DNA of 64,000 nucleotides from NCBI GenBank assembly GCA_030628905.1, contig DAOVQB010000001.1, positions 41,375 to 105,374 of the forward strand, in the 5' to 3' direction. Below the pieces are notes generated by a model. That model saw only the letters and a program-made list of their open reading frames with translations. It had not been told where the DNA came from and did not search any database. Below are positions 1-8,367 of this stretch, one piece after another. The stretch is from Candidatus Eiseniibacteriota bacterium (lineage in GTDB: Bacteria; Eisenbacteria; RBG-16-71-46; CAIMUX01; WJJG01). The first letter of the stretch is position 1. Each line of letters starts with the position of its first letter. Made by a program: the position numbers and the translations under genes.

Positions 1-1127
1 GATTCGAAGCAGCCAGCAGTGAGCTGCAAGAGGCGCAAAGGGAGATTACCGAGACCAGGGCCCGGATTGACCAGCTCCTTCAAGCCGAAGGTGATCTCAT
101 TGAGCAGCGGGAGGTCCGCAGCGTAGAGGTGGAACGTTTGTCCCAGGAGCATAGCCGCCATGAGGATACGCTGGCGGCCATCGAGAAAGTCCTGCGTGAG
201 AAGCATCGCGAACTCTCTGACATCGAGGAATCCTTGCGCCATGACGAGGTACGGTTCGCCCATTTCGAGTCTGAGAAGCAGCGCTTGATCGACCGGATCG
301 AGGAGCAGCACGGAGTAGATCTGACGACACTTCCTCCGCTGCAGCCGGCAGCGGCAGGGTCGCTGGAGAGGGGTGGGGATGCCCAGGGAGCAGGTGGTGA
401 TCCATTGCAGGGCATGACCGAGGAGGAGGCCGGGGAAAAACTGGAAGCGCTTCGGCGCGACCGCGACCGCCTGGGCCCAGTCAACCAGCTGGCGATCGAG
501 GAGTACGCGAGCAAGCGTGAGCATGTCCACTTTGTCAAGTCGCAGCGTGATGATCTGCTCCAGTCCCGAGAGTCTCTCCTGGCCGCGATCGAGCGGATAA
601 ACTCCGAGGCTCGCAGCCTATTCGAGGACACCTTCGGGAAGGTTCGCGAGAATTTTTCCACGACCTTTGAGACGCTCTTTCCGGGCGGGGAGGCACAGCT
701 GCGGTTGGTGGGAGATGATCCGTTGGAAGCGGACATCGAGATTATGGCCCGGCCGCGTGGCAAGCGGCTTGAGAGCATCCAGCTGCTTTCCAGTGGCGAG
801 CGGGCGCTGACTGCGACCGCGCTTCTCTTCAGCCTCTACCTCGTCAAGCCGTCGCCCTTCTGCGTCCTCGACGAGGTGGATGCGCCTTTGGATGATGCGA
901 ACATCGACCGGTTTCTGGCGCTTCTGAGAGCCTTCAGCAACAAGACGCAGTTCATCGTGATCACCCACAACAAGAGAACCATGGAAATGGCTGACACGCT
1001 ATACGGCGTGACGATGCAAGAGCCGGGTATTTCCAGGATTGTTAGTGTCCGATTGGAAGGTAGTGAACTCATAACCAATGACCCCGACGGCAGGGAAGAG
1101 GCTCTGCCGAAGATGTCGACCTCATAG
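1..1127 (+). CDS. smc: Chromosome segregation protein SMC, C-terminal part (5' end lies outside the window)
   Basis: The translation carries a coiled-coil region followed by the ABC signature and Walker B/D-loop region 'LSSGERALTATALLFSLYLVKPSPFCVLDEVDAPLDDANIDRF...FIVITHNKRTMEMADTLYGVTMQEPGISRIV', typical of the SMC C-terminal head. The reading frame is open from base 1. Confidence 0.9.
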   Translation, partial: FEAASSELQEAQREITETRARIDQLLQAEGDLIEQREVRSVEVERLSQEHSRHEDTLAAIEKVLREKHRELSDIEESLRHDEVRFAHFESEKQRLIDRIEEQHGVDLTTLPPLQPAAAGSLERGGDAQGAGGDPLQGMTEEEAGEKLEALRRDRDRLGPVNQLAIEEYASKREHVHFVKSQRDDLLQSRESLLAAIERINSEARSLFEDTFGKVRENFSTTFETLFPGGEAQLRLVGDDPLEADIEIMARPRGKRLESIQLLSSGERALTATALLFSLYLVKPSPFCVLDEVDAPLDDANIDRFLALLRAFSNKTQFIVITHNKRTMEMADTLYGVTMQEPGISRIVSVRLEGSELITNDPDGREEALPKMSTS

Positions 1128-1129
1128 CG

Positions 1130-2179
1130 ATGAAGGTTCCCAGCTGGCTCGCGAGGATTCGTGATCCCTCGGCCGGGGCCGAGATGTCGTTCCTCGATCA
1201 TCTCGACGAGTTGCGCTCGGTGCTCATCTCTTCTGTAGTGGCGTTGCTCGTACTCGGTATCGGTGGATGGTTCATCTCCGGATGGCTGATGGATTTTCTC
1301 ATCGACCACGCAGGCCTTGGGAAAGCGCAGTTCATCAAGCCGCAGGAAGCATTCTTCACGCGCTTCAAAATCTCATTGGTAGCTGGATTTATTGTCGGTC
1401 TGCCGTATATCGCTCTTCAAGTCTGGAGCTTTGTCGTTCCGGGTCTCCTGAAGCGCGAGAAGCGGGTTGTGCTGCCCTTGGTGTTCTGGTCGACGCTACT
1501 GTTCCTCATGGGTGCGGCCTTTTCATTCCTCATACTGACACCCATCATGTTGCGGTTCCTGTCAGGCTTCGGGACGCCGGTTGTCATAGCCAACCTCGCG
1601 GTTGGCTATGTGCTCGACTTCTACATCAGAATGGCCATCGCGTGCGGGGTTCTATTCCAGCTCCCTCTCGTGGTTGCCGTTCTCAGTTTTTTTGGCATCG
1701 TCACTCCTGGCTTCCTGAAGTCCATGTGGCGACAGGCGATTATCGTGATCCTGATCGCCTCGGCCATTGTGACCCCTGCCGATATGCTCTCGCAGTTGGT
1801 ACTCGGCTTGCCGATCATCCTGCTCTATTTCGCCAGCATCTTCGTCTCGGCCGCAATCTGCAGGGCGAAGGGGGATGGTGAGGATGGAGGGGATGGCGAG
1901 GATGGAGGGGATGGCGAGGATGGAGGGGATGGCGAGGATGGAGAAGGAGAGGCGGACGAAGCTGGGAGAGAGCCGGATGAAGGCTCTGGCGGGGCGCCGG
2001 ATGAAGAGCCTAGTGGAGCTGCGGATGAAGGCTCTGGCGGGGCGCCGGATGAAGGGCCCGGTGGAGCTGGGGTTTCCCCTCGGGATGAGGTGGAGGAAGG
2101 GTCGGAGACAACAGATGCTCGCGATGGCGAGAAGCGCGATCAGAAACACCTTCACCCTCCGGAGGACTGGACCATCTAG
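1130..2179 (+). CDS. tatC: Sec-independent translocase TatC with an unusual ~100-aa acidic (GDGEDG)n C-terminal tail. The true start is probably the internal ATG at ~1184.
   Basis: The N-terminal region 'FLDHLDELRSVLI...' and a six-transmembrane-helix pattern match TatC. The tail is acidic low complexity encoded by an 18-bp x4 DNA repeat at 1871-1945. Confidence 0.85.
   Translation: MKVPSWLARIRDPSAGAEMSFLDHLDELRSVLISSVVALLVLGIGGWFISGWLMDFLIDHAGLGKAQFIKPQEAFFTRFKISLVAGFIVGLPYIALQVWSFVVPGLLKREKRVVLPLVFWSTLLFLMGAAFSFLILTPIMLRFLSGFGTPVVIANLAVGYVLDFYIRMAIACGVLFQLPLVVAVLSFFGIVTPGFLKSMWRQAIIVILIASAIVTPADMLSQLVLGLPIILLYFASIFVSAAICRAKGDGEDGGDGEDGGDGEDGGDGEDGEGEADEAGREPDEGSGGAPDEEPSGAADEGSGGAPDEGPGGAGVSPRDEVEEGSETTDARDGEKRDQKHLHPPEDWTI
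1871..1945 (+). repeat. 18-bp tandem repeat (gggatggcgaggatggag) x4 inside tatC, encoding (GDGEDG)n
   Basis: Direct reading of the DNA. Confidence 0.9.
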
Positions 2180-2217
2180 TCGGAACGGGTGGGAAGGCGT
2201 GCCCGAAAGGAGCCAGC

Positions 2218-3036
2218 ATGTCCGGTCGCAGTAAAGCCAAGGGGCGCAGATCGCTCCCGCGGAAGCAGGATGAGGCGCTGCTCGCGATAGATGTCGGCAA
2301 TACCCAGACCGTTCTGGGTGTATTTGCTGGAGAGCAGCTCATCTCTCTCTGGCGCATGAGTTCGAGGCTCGCTCGAACGGGCGATGAGCTGAGCGTTCTC
2401 GTTGAATCGCTCTGCCGCACGCACCTCGAGGAAATCCGCCGCTCGGGGCGTGTGGTGATCGGCTCTGTGGTGCCGATGCTGACGCAGGAGTTTGAGGCCA
2501 TGACGCATCGCCTGTTCGAGGCCCGGCCGCTGATTGTCACCAACGAGGTACGCTGTGGGGTTCAGTTCGATCTGCCCGATCCGACTTCCATAGGTGCGGA
2601 TCGGATCGCGAATGCAGCTGCTGTGGCCGGCGGATCACTGCCGGCGATTGTAGTTGACCTCGGAACGGCGACAACCTTTGACGTGGTGAATGGCCGCGGG
2701 CATTACATCGGCGGCGCGATCGCTCCCGGGATCCGAACGTCCGCAGACGAGCTGTTCCGGCGTGCTGCAAGGCTGGCGAAGGTGGAGATCCGCAAGCCAC
2801 GGCGTCGCATCGGCCGGACCACAGAGGAAAGCATCCAATCGGGTATCTTCTACAGCGCCGTGGGCACCATCGACGGCATCGTCAGAGAGCTGGAAGCAGA
2901 ACTGCGCTGTTCAGCCCGCGTAATCGCAACCGGGGGACTGGCACCGCTGGTTGCCCCGTCATCCAGGGTCATTCAGGAGGTGGACGAAGCGCTCACCCTC
3001 CGCGGGTTCGCGCGGATCGATTCCTTGAACCGCTGA
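2218..3036 (+). CDS. coaX: Type III pantothenate kinase
   Basis: The motif 'LLAIDVGNTQT' (CoaX N-terminal phosphate-binding motif) is present. Bvg accessory factor / type III PanK family hallmarks 'ATGGLA' and 'DxLTLRG' are at the C-terminus. Confidence 0.85.
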   Translation: MSGRSKAKGRRSLPRKQDEALLAIDVGNTQTVLGVFAGEQLISLWRMSSRLARTGDELSVLVESLCRTHLEEIRRSGRVVIGSVVPMLTQEFEAMTHRLFEARPLIVTNEVRCGVQFDLPDPTSIGADRIANAAAVAGGSLPAIVVDLGTATTFDVVNGRGHYIGGAIAPGIRTSADELFRRAARLAKVEIRKPRRRIGRTTEESIQSGIFYSAVGTIDGIVRELEAELRCSARVIATGGLAPLVAPSSRVIQEVDEALTLRGFARIDSLNR

Positions 3037-4296
3037 TGGTGTGACTTTGAGTGCATCGCGGTACACCTGCTCTACCTCCCCGGCAATGTGCTCCCAGGCA
3101 TAGCGGCGAACATAGGCCTGTCCATTTCTCCCCATGCGTCTCCGGCGCGTGGCATTACCCAATAGAATCTCCAAACGATGCTTGAGTGCAGATGCGGAGC
3201 CGGGCTGGAAATAGACGGCGGCCTCTGCTCCCCTCATCGTCTCGCGGTAGCCGGGAATGTCGGAGGCCACGATCGGCAGCCCACTGGCCATGGCCTCCAG
3301 AAGGGAAATACCGAAGCTCTCGCCGTCAACGGATGGGGCGACGAAGATATCTGCTTCCTGGTAGTAGTGCGGCAGCTCCCGCCGGTCCACAGCTCCGAGG
3401 AAGGTCACAGGAAGGCGTCTGTCTGCCACGAACCTTTCCAGGCCCGCCCGCTCCGGGCCGTCGCCGACGATCGTGAGTCGGGGATCGGGGCGCCCCTGGC
3501 GGGCTGTCACCAACTGCTCTGCCCCACTGCGGCGAAGGCGATCAAAGGCATCGAGTAGCGTGCGGAGCCCCTTGCGGGGGTCCAGGCGGCCTGCATAGAG
3601 GAAGTGCGTCTGACCGGTTGACCGCGAGCCGCTTGATTCCCGGCGCGGCCGGAAGCGGGAGAGATCAATGCCATTTGGTATGACTTTATAGTGCCCAGGG
3701 AAATGCCGTGAGACGTAGTGTGCTGCCACTTGAGAGACGGCGAGCCTGCGCGCCAGTCGGCGAGCAAAGGGCCTGAGCCATGTGGCAAAACCCTGATAGC
3801 CCCAGTGCGGTTTCTCACCCCCCGTGTGAAAGGTCCCGATCTTGACTCCCGGAAGGCGATGGATGGCCCAGAGGGGCAGAAAGGGTTCCAAGGGCGATTG
3901 GACGTGCACGACATCTGGGGATTCCGGCAGCAGGCGTGATAGCTTCGACGACCATCTCCCGCCGAAGGTGATGCATGCCCGCCCGCCATTTGAGGGGACG
4001 CGGACCGTGCGACCCACCCGGAGGACCCGGACATTGGGAGGATCGGGCTCGGGCTGATGACCGTTGCCGAGCGGTGTACCGGTCAGGATGCAAACCCGGT
4101 GGCCACGGGCAGCCAGCGAGGCTGCCAGGTGCCAGACATGCTCTGTGATGCCGCCGTGGAAGGGCAGATATGACTGACTCACGAGACAGATGTGCAGGGC
4201 TCTGTTGGCCACCTCTCCTCCCGCTTGCGTTCGGTCAGAGACCCAATCAAGCCTACGAAGATCGCTTCCCAGCGACAACCTTCTTGTTGCACGCAC
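2959..4296 (-). CDS. Glycosyltransferase family 4 (GT-B, group 1). The start codon is uncertain; a GTG near 4212 is possible.
   Basis: The N-terminal domain reads 'HICLVSQSYLPFHGGITEHVWHLAASLAARGHRVCILTG' and the C-terminal motif is 'EGFGISLLEAMASGLPIVASDIPG' (the E-x7-E region of GT4 enzymes). Confidence 0.8.
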   Translation of the reverse strand: MRATRRLSLGSDLRRLDWVSDRTQAGGEVANRALHICLVSQSYLPFHGGITEHVWHLAASLAARGHRVCILTGTPLGNGHQPEPDPPNVRVLRVGRTVRVPSNGGRACITFGGRWSSKLSRLLPESPDVVHVQSPLEPFLPLWAIHRLPGVKIGTFHTGGEKPHWGYQGFATWLRPFARRLARRLAVSQVAAHYVSRHFPGHYKVIPNGIDLSRFRPRRESSGSRSTGQTHFLYAGRLDPRKGLRTLLDAFDRLRRSGAEQLVTARQGRPDPRLTIVGDGPERAGLERFVADRRLPVTFLGAVDRRELPHYYQEADIFVAPSVDGESFGISLLEAMASGLPIVASDIPGYRETMRGAEAAVYFQPGSASALKHRLEILLGNATRRRRMGRNGQAYVRRYAWEHIAGEVEQVYRDALKVTPSAVQGIDPREPAEGERFVHLLNDPG

Positions 4297-4337
4297 GTGA
4301 TGAGTTTCCTACCTTTTGAAGCGGCTGGAGAGGTTGG

Positions 4338-4736
4338 GTGGGCACCATGGATGTAATTCGATTGAAAGAAATTACGGTCTTCCCGCTCCTCGGGGTGGGG
4401 GTTCTGGAAAAGGCATGGGTGCAGAAAGTTACCCTGGATATAGAACTCCACCTTGACCTCTCGAAGGCTGGCCTGAGTGATGCCATCGAGGATACGATTG
4501 ATTACCAACGCATCTATGAACTCGTCCGTGAGGTAAGCGAAGAGCGCAAGTACCATCTGGTTGAGACCTTGGCCCACCAGATTGCGGCTGCCATCCGTGC
4601 TCACCATAGCGTGGAACGTATCGTGGTCCGCGTGCGCAAGCTGAGCCTTCCTTTTGATGCGCACCTCAACTGTGTCGAGATCGAGATCTCCGAGCCAGGC
4701 AGGTTGCCCGATGGAATCTCCAGTCCGAGCGAATAG
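4338..4736 (+). CDS. folB: Dihydroneopterin aldolase
   Basis: The ~120-aa protein 'MDVIRLKEITVFPLLGVGVLEKAWVQKVTLDIELHLDL...YQRIYELV...' fits the FolB fold family and sits next to folK. Confidence 0.8.
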   Translation: MGTMDVIRLKEITVFPLLGVGVLEKAWVQKVTLDIELHLDLSKAGLSDAIEDTIDYQRIYELVREVSEERKYHLVETLAHQIAAAIRAHHSVERIVVRVRKLSLPFDAHLNCVEIEISEPGRLPDGISSPSE

Positions 4737-4842
4737 CTGGATGTCGATGAGGGTGCCGCGCGCTCATGAGTGAGCAGATCGCGGTCTGTGGCAGGTTGAG
4801 TGGCCTACTGATGGGGTTCGGTGGACCGCCCTTGCCAGCAAC

Positions 4843-5427
4843 TTGCAGGGGAGGCAGATGGACAGGAGGAAGCCCGCGCCTCGAGCGATTCGAGAAGCTG
4901 CGGCGGAGCGGATTGCAGCCGTGGCCCTGGGTAGCAACCTCGGATCGCGCCAGCAGTACTTGAACTTGGCCCGCAGGTCCATCGCCGCCCGGTTGGGAGA
5001 TGTAGTCTGTAGCTCTAGCATTTACGAGACTCAGCCGGTTGGTCCGTCCGGGCAGGGGAAGTATCTGAACCAGGTCGTTGTAATCGACACACCGCGGGAG
5101 CCAGAGGAACTAGTCGAACTGGCCCTGGCCATCGAAAAGGAGCTGGGGCGAAAACGCGGCGTCCGTTGGGGGGGGCGCTGCATCGACTTGGATCTGCTCC
5201 TTCACGGTAGCCGCGTGCGTTCATCGGACGGCCTCACCTTGCCTCACGCAAGGATGCACCAGCGGGCGTTCGTACTCGTTCCCTTGGCGGAGGTACTGCC
5301 CGACTGGCGGCACCCGCTTCTCGATCAGACCGTCTGCCAGATGTGTGCCGCCTGTGGGGACGGCGGCGTCGAGCGCTGGGACTGCGGCAGGGTTCCGCAT
5401 GGGGCACTGACACGGACCGGGGCATGA
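4843..5427 (+). CDS. folK: 2-amino-4-hydroxy-6-hydroxymethyldihydropteridine pyrophosphokinase (HPPK)
   Basis: The translation 'AVALGSNLGSR...SSIYETQPVGP...QYLNQVVVIDT...GGRCIDLDLLL...' is the canonical HPPK motif set. Confidence 0.85.
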   Translation: MQGRQMDRRKPAPRAIREAAAERIAAVALGSNLGSRQQYLNLARRSIAARLGDVVCSSSIYETQPVGPSGQGKYLNQVVVIDTPREPEELVELALAIEKELGRKRGVRWGGRCIDLDLLLHGSRVRSSDGLTLPHARMHQRAFVLVPLAEVLPDWRHPLLDQTVCQMCAACGDGGVERWDCGRVPHGALTRTGA

Positions 5428-6107
5428 TGCCTGGAATGGAGGGTGAACTGGTCGTGAAGGGAGAGCAGAGCACACCGCTTTACTTCATCGCGATCGAGGG
5501 TGTTATCGGCGTTGGCAAAACCTCGCTAGCGAAACGCCTGGCCGATTACCTGGGCGGTTGCTTACTGCTGGAACAGGTTGAGGAGAACCCGTTCCTGCAG
5601 CATTTCTACCAGGATCGACGGGCCTATGCCTTCCAAACGCAGATCTTTTTCCTCCTGTGCCGTTACCGGCAGCAGAGGGAATTCCTGCAACGGGACCTCT
5701 TCCGAGGGCCTGTCGTAAGCGACTACATGTTTCAGAAGGATCGCGTCTTTGCCAACATCAATCTGAGTGATTCCGAGCTTGATATGTACAATCAGATCTT
5801 TACGCTCATGGAGCGCGATCAGCCAAGACCGGATCGCGTGATCTTTCTGAGGGCGACTGTGGATACGCTGCTCGATCGAATCAGTAAGCGTGACCGGGAG
5901 TATGAGAAGGAAATGGACCCTGAGTACCTCGAGACGCTGGCTGAAGCGTATACGTATTTTTTCGCTCACTATACTGGTGCGCCGGTCATGGTCGTGAATT
6001 CGAACGAACTCGATTTCAGACGTGATCTTTCTCTTGTGTCGGATTTGTGGAAGGCGGTTATTGAACACCGGGCGGGAACAGCCGTGTATAATCCGCCTTC
6101 GGATTGA
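5424..6107 (+). CDS. Deoxynucleoside kinase (dGK/dCK family)
   Basis: The P-loop 'IAIEGVIGVGKTSLAKRL', the ERS-like region and a lid region are present. The start ATG overlaps the folK stop (ATGA). Confidence 0.8.
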   Translation: MMPGMEGELVVKGEQSTPLYFIAIEGVIGVGKTSLAKRLADYLGGCLLLEQVEENPFLQHFYQDRRAYAFQTQIFFLLCRYRQQREFLQRDLFRGPVVSDYMFQKDRVFANINLSDSELDMYNQIFTLMERDQPRPDRVIFLRATVDTLLDRISKRDREYEKEMDPEYLETLAEAYTYFFAHYTGAPVMVVNSNELDFRRDLSLVSDLWKAVIEHRAGTAVYNPPSD

Positions 6108-6158
6108 CGCCGTGTTGTTTCTAAGATGCTCCCATGATGTCTAATATGTGGAGGGCAG

Positions 6159-6977
6159 ATGAAAGTGCCAGGTAGGATGACAGCGCGGCGGTTGATCCGG
6201 TGGAAGAAGAAGGCTCGCAAGATCTCCGTGTTGACTTGCTATGACTTCACGATGGCCCGGCTCCTTGATCGTGCGCGGGTGCCGGTCATCTTGGTCGGGG
6301 ACAGCCTGGGACAGGTCGTCCTCGGGTATGATTCGACCCTTCCGGTCACGTTGGACGAGATGATCCTGCACACGCGGGCCGTTGCGCGGGCGAAGCCATG
6401 GGGCATGATCGTAACGGATATGCCGTTTCTGACCTTTCAGGTGAGTGCTGAAAAGGCCCTGGAGGCGGCTGGCAGAATCGTGGCAGAGGGCAGATGCGAT
6501 GCCGTCAAGATCGAGGGCGGGGAACGATCAGTACCGGCGATACGGCGCATAGTTGAGGCAGGCATTCCCGTCATGGGACACCTGGGGCTCACCCCGCAAT
6601 CGATCTTGGCCTTGGGGGGTTACCGCGTGCAGGGACGGAAGAAGGCCGAGCGGGAGGTATTGAAGCGCGACGCCGAGAGGCTGCAGGATGGCGGGTGCTT
6701 TGCAATCGTCCTGGAAGCGATACCGGCAACGCTCGCGGGCGAGATCACGGCTATGTTAAAGATCCCGACAATTGGAATAGGAGCCGGACCGCTCTGTGAC
6801 GGGCAGGTTCTAGTGCTCCACGACATGTTGGGGTTGTTCACGGAATTCGAGCCGCGCTTTGTCCGGCGGTTTATGGAAGGAGCTGTTCTAGTAGAGAAAG
6901 CCTTGCGGGAATACGTAGAAGCGGTCGAAAAGGGTCGCTTTCCAGGACCGGAACACAGCTTCGAAATAGACGATTGA
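6159..6977 (+). CDS. panB: 3-methyl-2-oxobutanoate hydroxymethyltransferase (ketopantoate hydroxymethyltransferase)
   Basis: The translation 'ISVLTCYDFTMARLLD...ILVGDSLGQVVLGYDSTLPVTLDEMILHTRAV...VKIEGG' matches PanB. Confidence 0.9.
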   Translation: MKVPGRMTARRLIRWKKKARKISVLTCYDFTMARLLDRARVPVILVGDSLGQVVLGYDSTLPVTLDEMILHTRAVARAKPWGMIVTDMPFLTFQVSAEKALEAAGRIVAEGRCDAVKIEGGERSVPAIRRIVEAGIPVMGHLGLTPQSILALGGYRVQGRKKAEREVLKRDAERLQDGGCFAIVLEAIPATLAGEITAMLKIPTIGIGAGPLCDGQVLVLHDMLGLFTEFEPRFVRRFMEGAVLVEKALREYVEAVEKGRFPGPEHSFEIDD

Positions 6978-6988
6978 GGGGAAGCACT

Positions 6989-8338
6989 ATGGCGACGGAG
7001 AAGAAGCAACCTAGCAAGATGCGCAAGAAGCAGGCTGGCAAGAAGCAGGCTGGCAAGGAGCAGGCTGGCAAGAAGCAGGCTGGCAAGGAGCAGGCTGGCA
7101 AGAAGCAGGCCGGCAAGAAGCCAACCAAGGAGCGAACGAAGGAGCGAAGGAAGATGCCGACCAAGCAGGCTAATAAGAAAACCACCAAGCAGCCTATCAA
7201 GAAGCGCACGAAACAGGTTACCAAGAAGACCACCAAGAAACCTACCAAGAAGACTACCATGAAGCGCACCACGAAGGCTAAGACTACTGCCACGAGGCTT
7301 GTCAAAAGGGTGAAGACCGCTGTTCGCGGAGCCAAAAGGAAAACCAAGGTAGCTAGGAGAATCGTTGCGGACAAGGCTGGGGCGGGGGTGCAGAGTACCA
7401 CGCGAGGGAGCCCGTCTGCAGTCAAGGCGAGTATCGGCGCTGCGACGACAAAGCGGTTCCAATCGGCGGAATCGCAGCGACGGTTCTCACGCCAGATGTG
7501 TGAAGAGGGCAAAAAGATCGGCTTTGTTCCAACCATGGGCGCCTTTCACGATGGCCACATATCTCTCATGAGGAAAGCGCGCAGCCAGAACGACGTCGTG
7601 GTAGTGAGCATCTTCGTCAATCCGCTGCAGTTCGGCCCGGGGGAAGATTTCAATCGCTATCCAAGGGACCTCGCGCGCGACATGGATCAGGCTCGGGAGG
7701 TTGGGGTAGATGCCGTTTTCGTTCCGGATGTCTCCGAGATGTACCCTCAAGGATTCACAACAGAGGTCATGGTAGGCCCGATGGCCAAGCGGATGTGCGG
7801 CGCGGACAGACTGGGACACTTCAACGGTGTGTGCACAGTGATCATGAAGCTGCTCGGGATTGTGCAACCCGATCGCATGTACTTGGGCCAGAAGGATGCG
7901 CAACAGCTTGTGATCATCCAACGGATGATCGAGGATCTGAGTGTGAATACGAAGGTAGTAGCTGTTGCTACCGTGAGAGAGAAAGATGGCCTTGCAATGA
8001 GTTCGCGCAACGCTCTCCTGAGCTTGGAGGAACGAGCGCAGGCGCCGAGGCTCTACGAGGCGCTGCGGTTGGCCCAGCGCGAGATCCTCCTCGAAGAGGT
8101 GCGTGATCCACGGCAGCTCCAAGCGCGCATGCGCGACCACATTCTGCGGGATGAGGTCTTTAGGATCGATTACATAGCAATGGTGGATCCCGAGACACTC
8201 GTGGATCGCTCAGTTCTGACGGGACGCACCCTGATTGCGCTCGCGGCCCATTTGGGCCAGACCAGGCTGATCGACAATATCCTGATCAATGTTCCCGGAG
8301 GGCGGATGGCCGAGGGGATTGGGGCACTGGGGCGCTGA
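6989..8338 (+). CDS. panC: Pantoate--beta-alanine ligase fused to a ~150-aa lysine-rich, histone-H1-like N-terminal extension
   Basis: The C-terminal ~280 aa 'IGFVPTMGAFHDGHISLMRKA...VVVSIFVNPLQFGPGEDFNRYPRDL...MYLGQKDAQQ...' is PanC, with a HxGH-like 'HDGH' motif. The N-terminus is (QAGKK)n followed by TKK/KKT-rich low complexity. The ORF is continuous, and an SD-like 'gagggga' lies before the ATG at 6989. Confidence 0.85.
   Translation: MATEKKQPSKMRKKQAGKKQAGKEQAGKKQAGKEQAGKKQAGKKPTKERTKERRKMPTKQANKKTTKQPIKKRTKQVTKKTTKKPTKKTTMKRTTKAKTTATRLVKRVKTAVRGAKRKTKVARRIVADKAGAGVQSTTRGSPSAVKASIGAATTKRFQSAESQRRFSRQMCEEGKKIGFVPTMGAFHDGHISLMRKARSQNDVVVVSIFVNPLQFGPGEDFNRYPRDLARDMDQAREVGVDAVFVPDVSEMYPQGFTTEVMVGPMAKRMCGADRLGHFNGVCTVIMKLLGIVQPDRMYLGQKDAQQLVIIQRMIEDLSVNTKVVAVATVREKDGLAMSSRNALLSLEERAQAPRLYEALRLAQREILLEEVRDPRQLQARMRDHILRDEVFRIDYIAMVDPETLVDRSVLTGRTLIALAAHLGQTRLIDNILINVPGGRMAEGIGALGR
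7031..7120 (+). repeat. 15-bp tandem repeat (caggctggcaagRag) x6 inside panC, encoding (QAGKK/E)n
   Basis: Direct reading of the DNA. Confidence 0.9.
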
Positions 8339-8367
8339 GGTAGCCGCCCGAATAGAAGAGGCTTCAG

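Noticed and set aside
1652-2155. Minus-strand 167-aa ORF with ILAIPSILAIPS repeats
   Set aside because: It is the antisense of the tatC (GDGEDG)n repeat region, and therefore spurious.
4179-4664. 161-aa minus-strand ORF
   Set aside because: It overlaps folB and the glycosyltransferase 5' region on the opposite strand and has no motifs.
6620-7536. Minus-strand ORFs of 280 aa and 221 aa with LLLASLLLAS / FLVVFLV repeats
   Set aside because: They are the antisense of the panC lysine-rich repeat and the panB 3' end. They are low-complexity mirror ORFs, typical of high-GC DNA.
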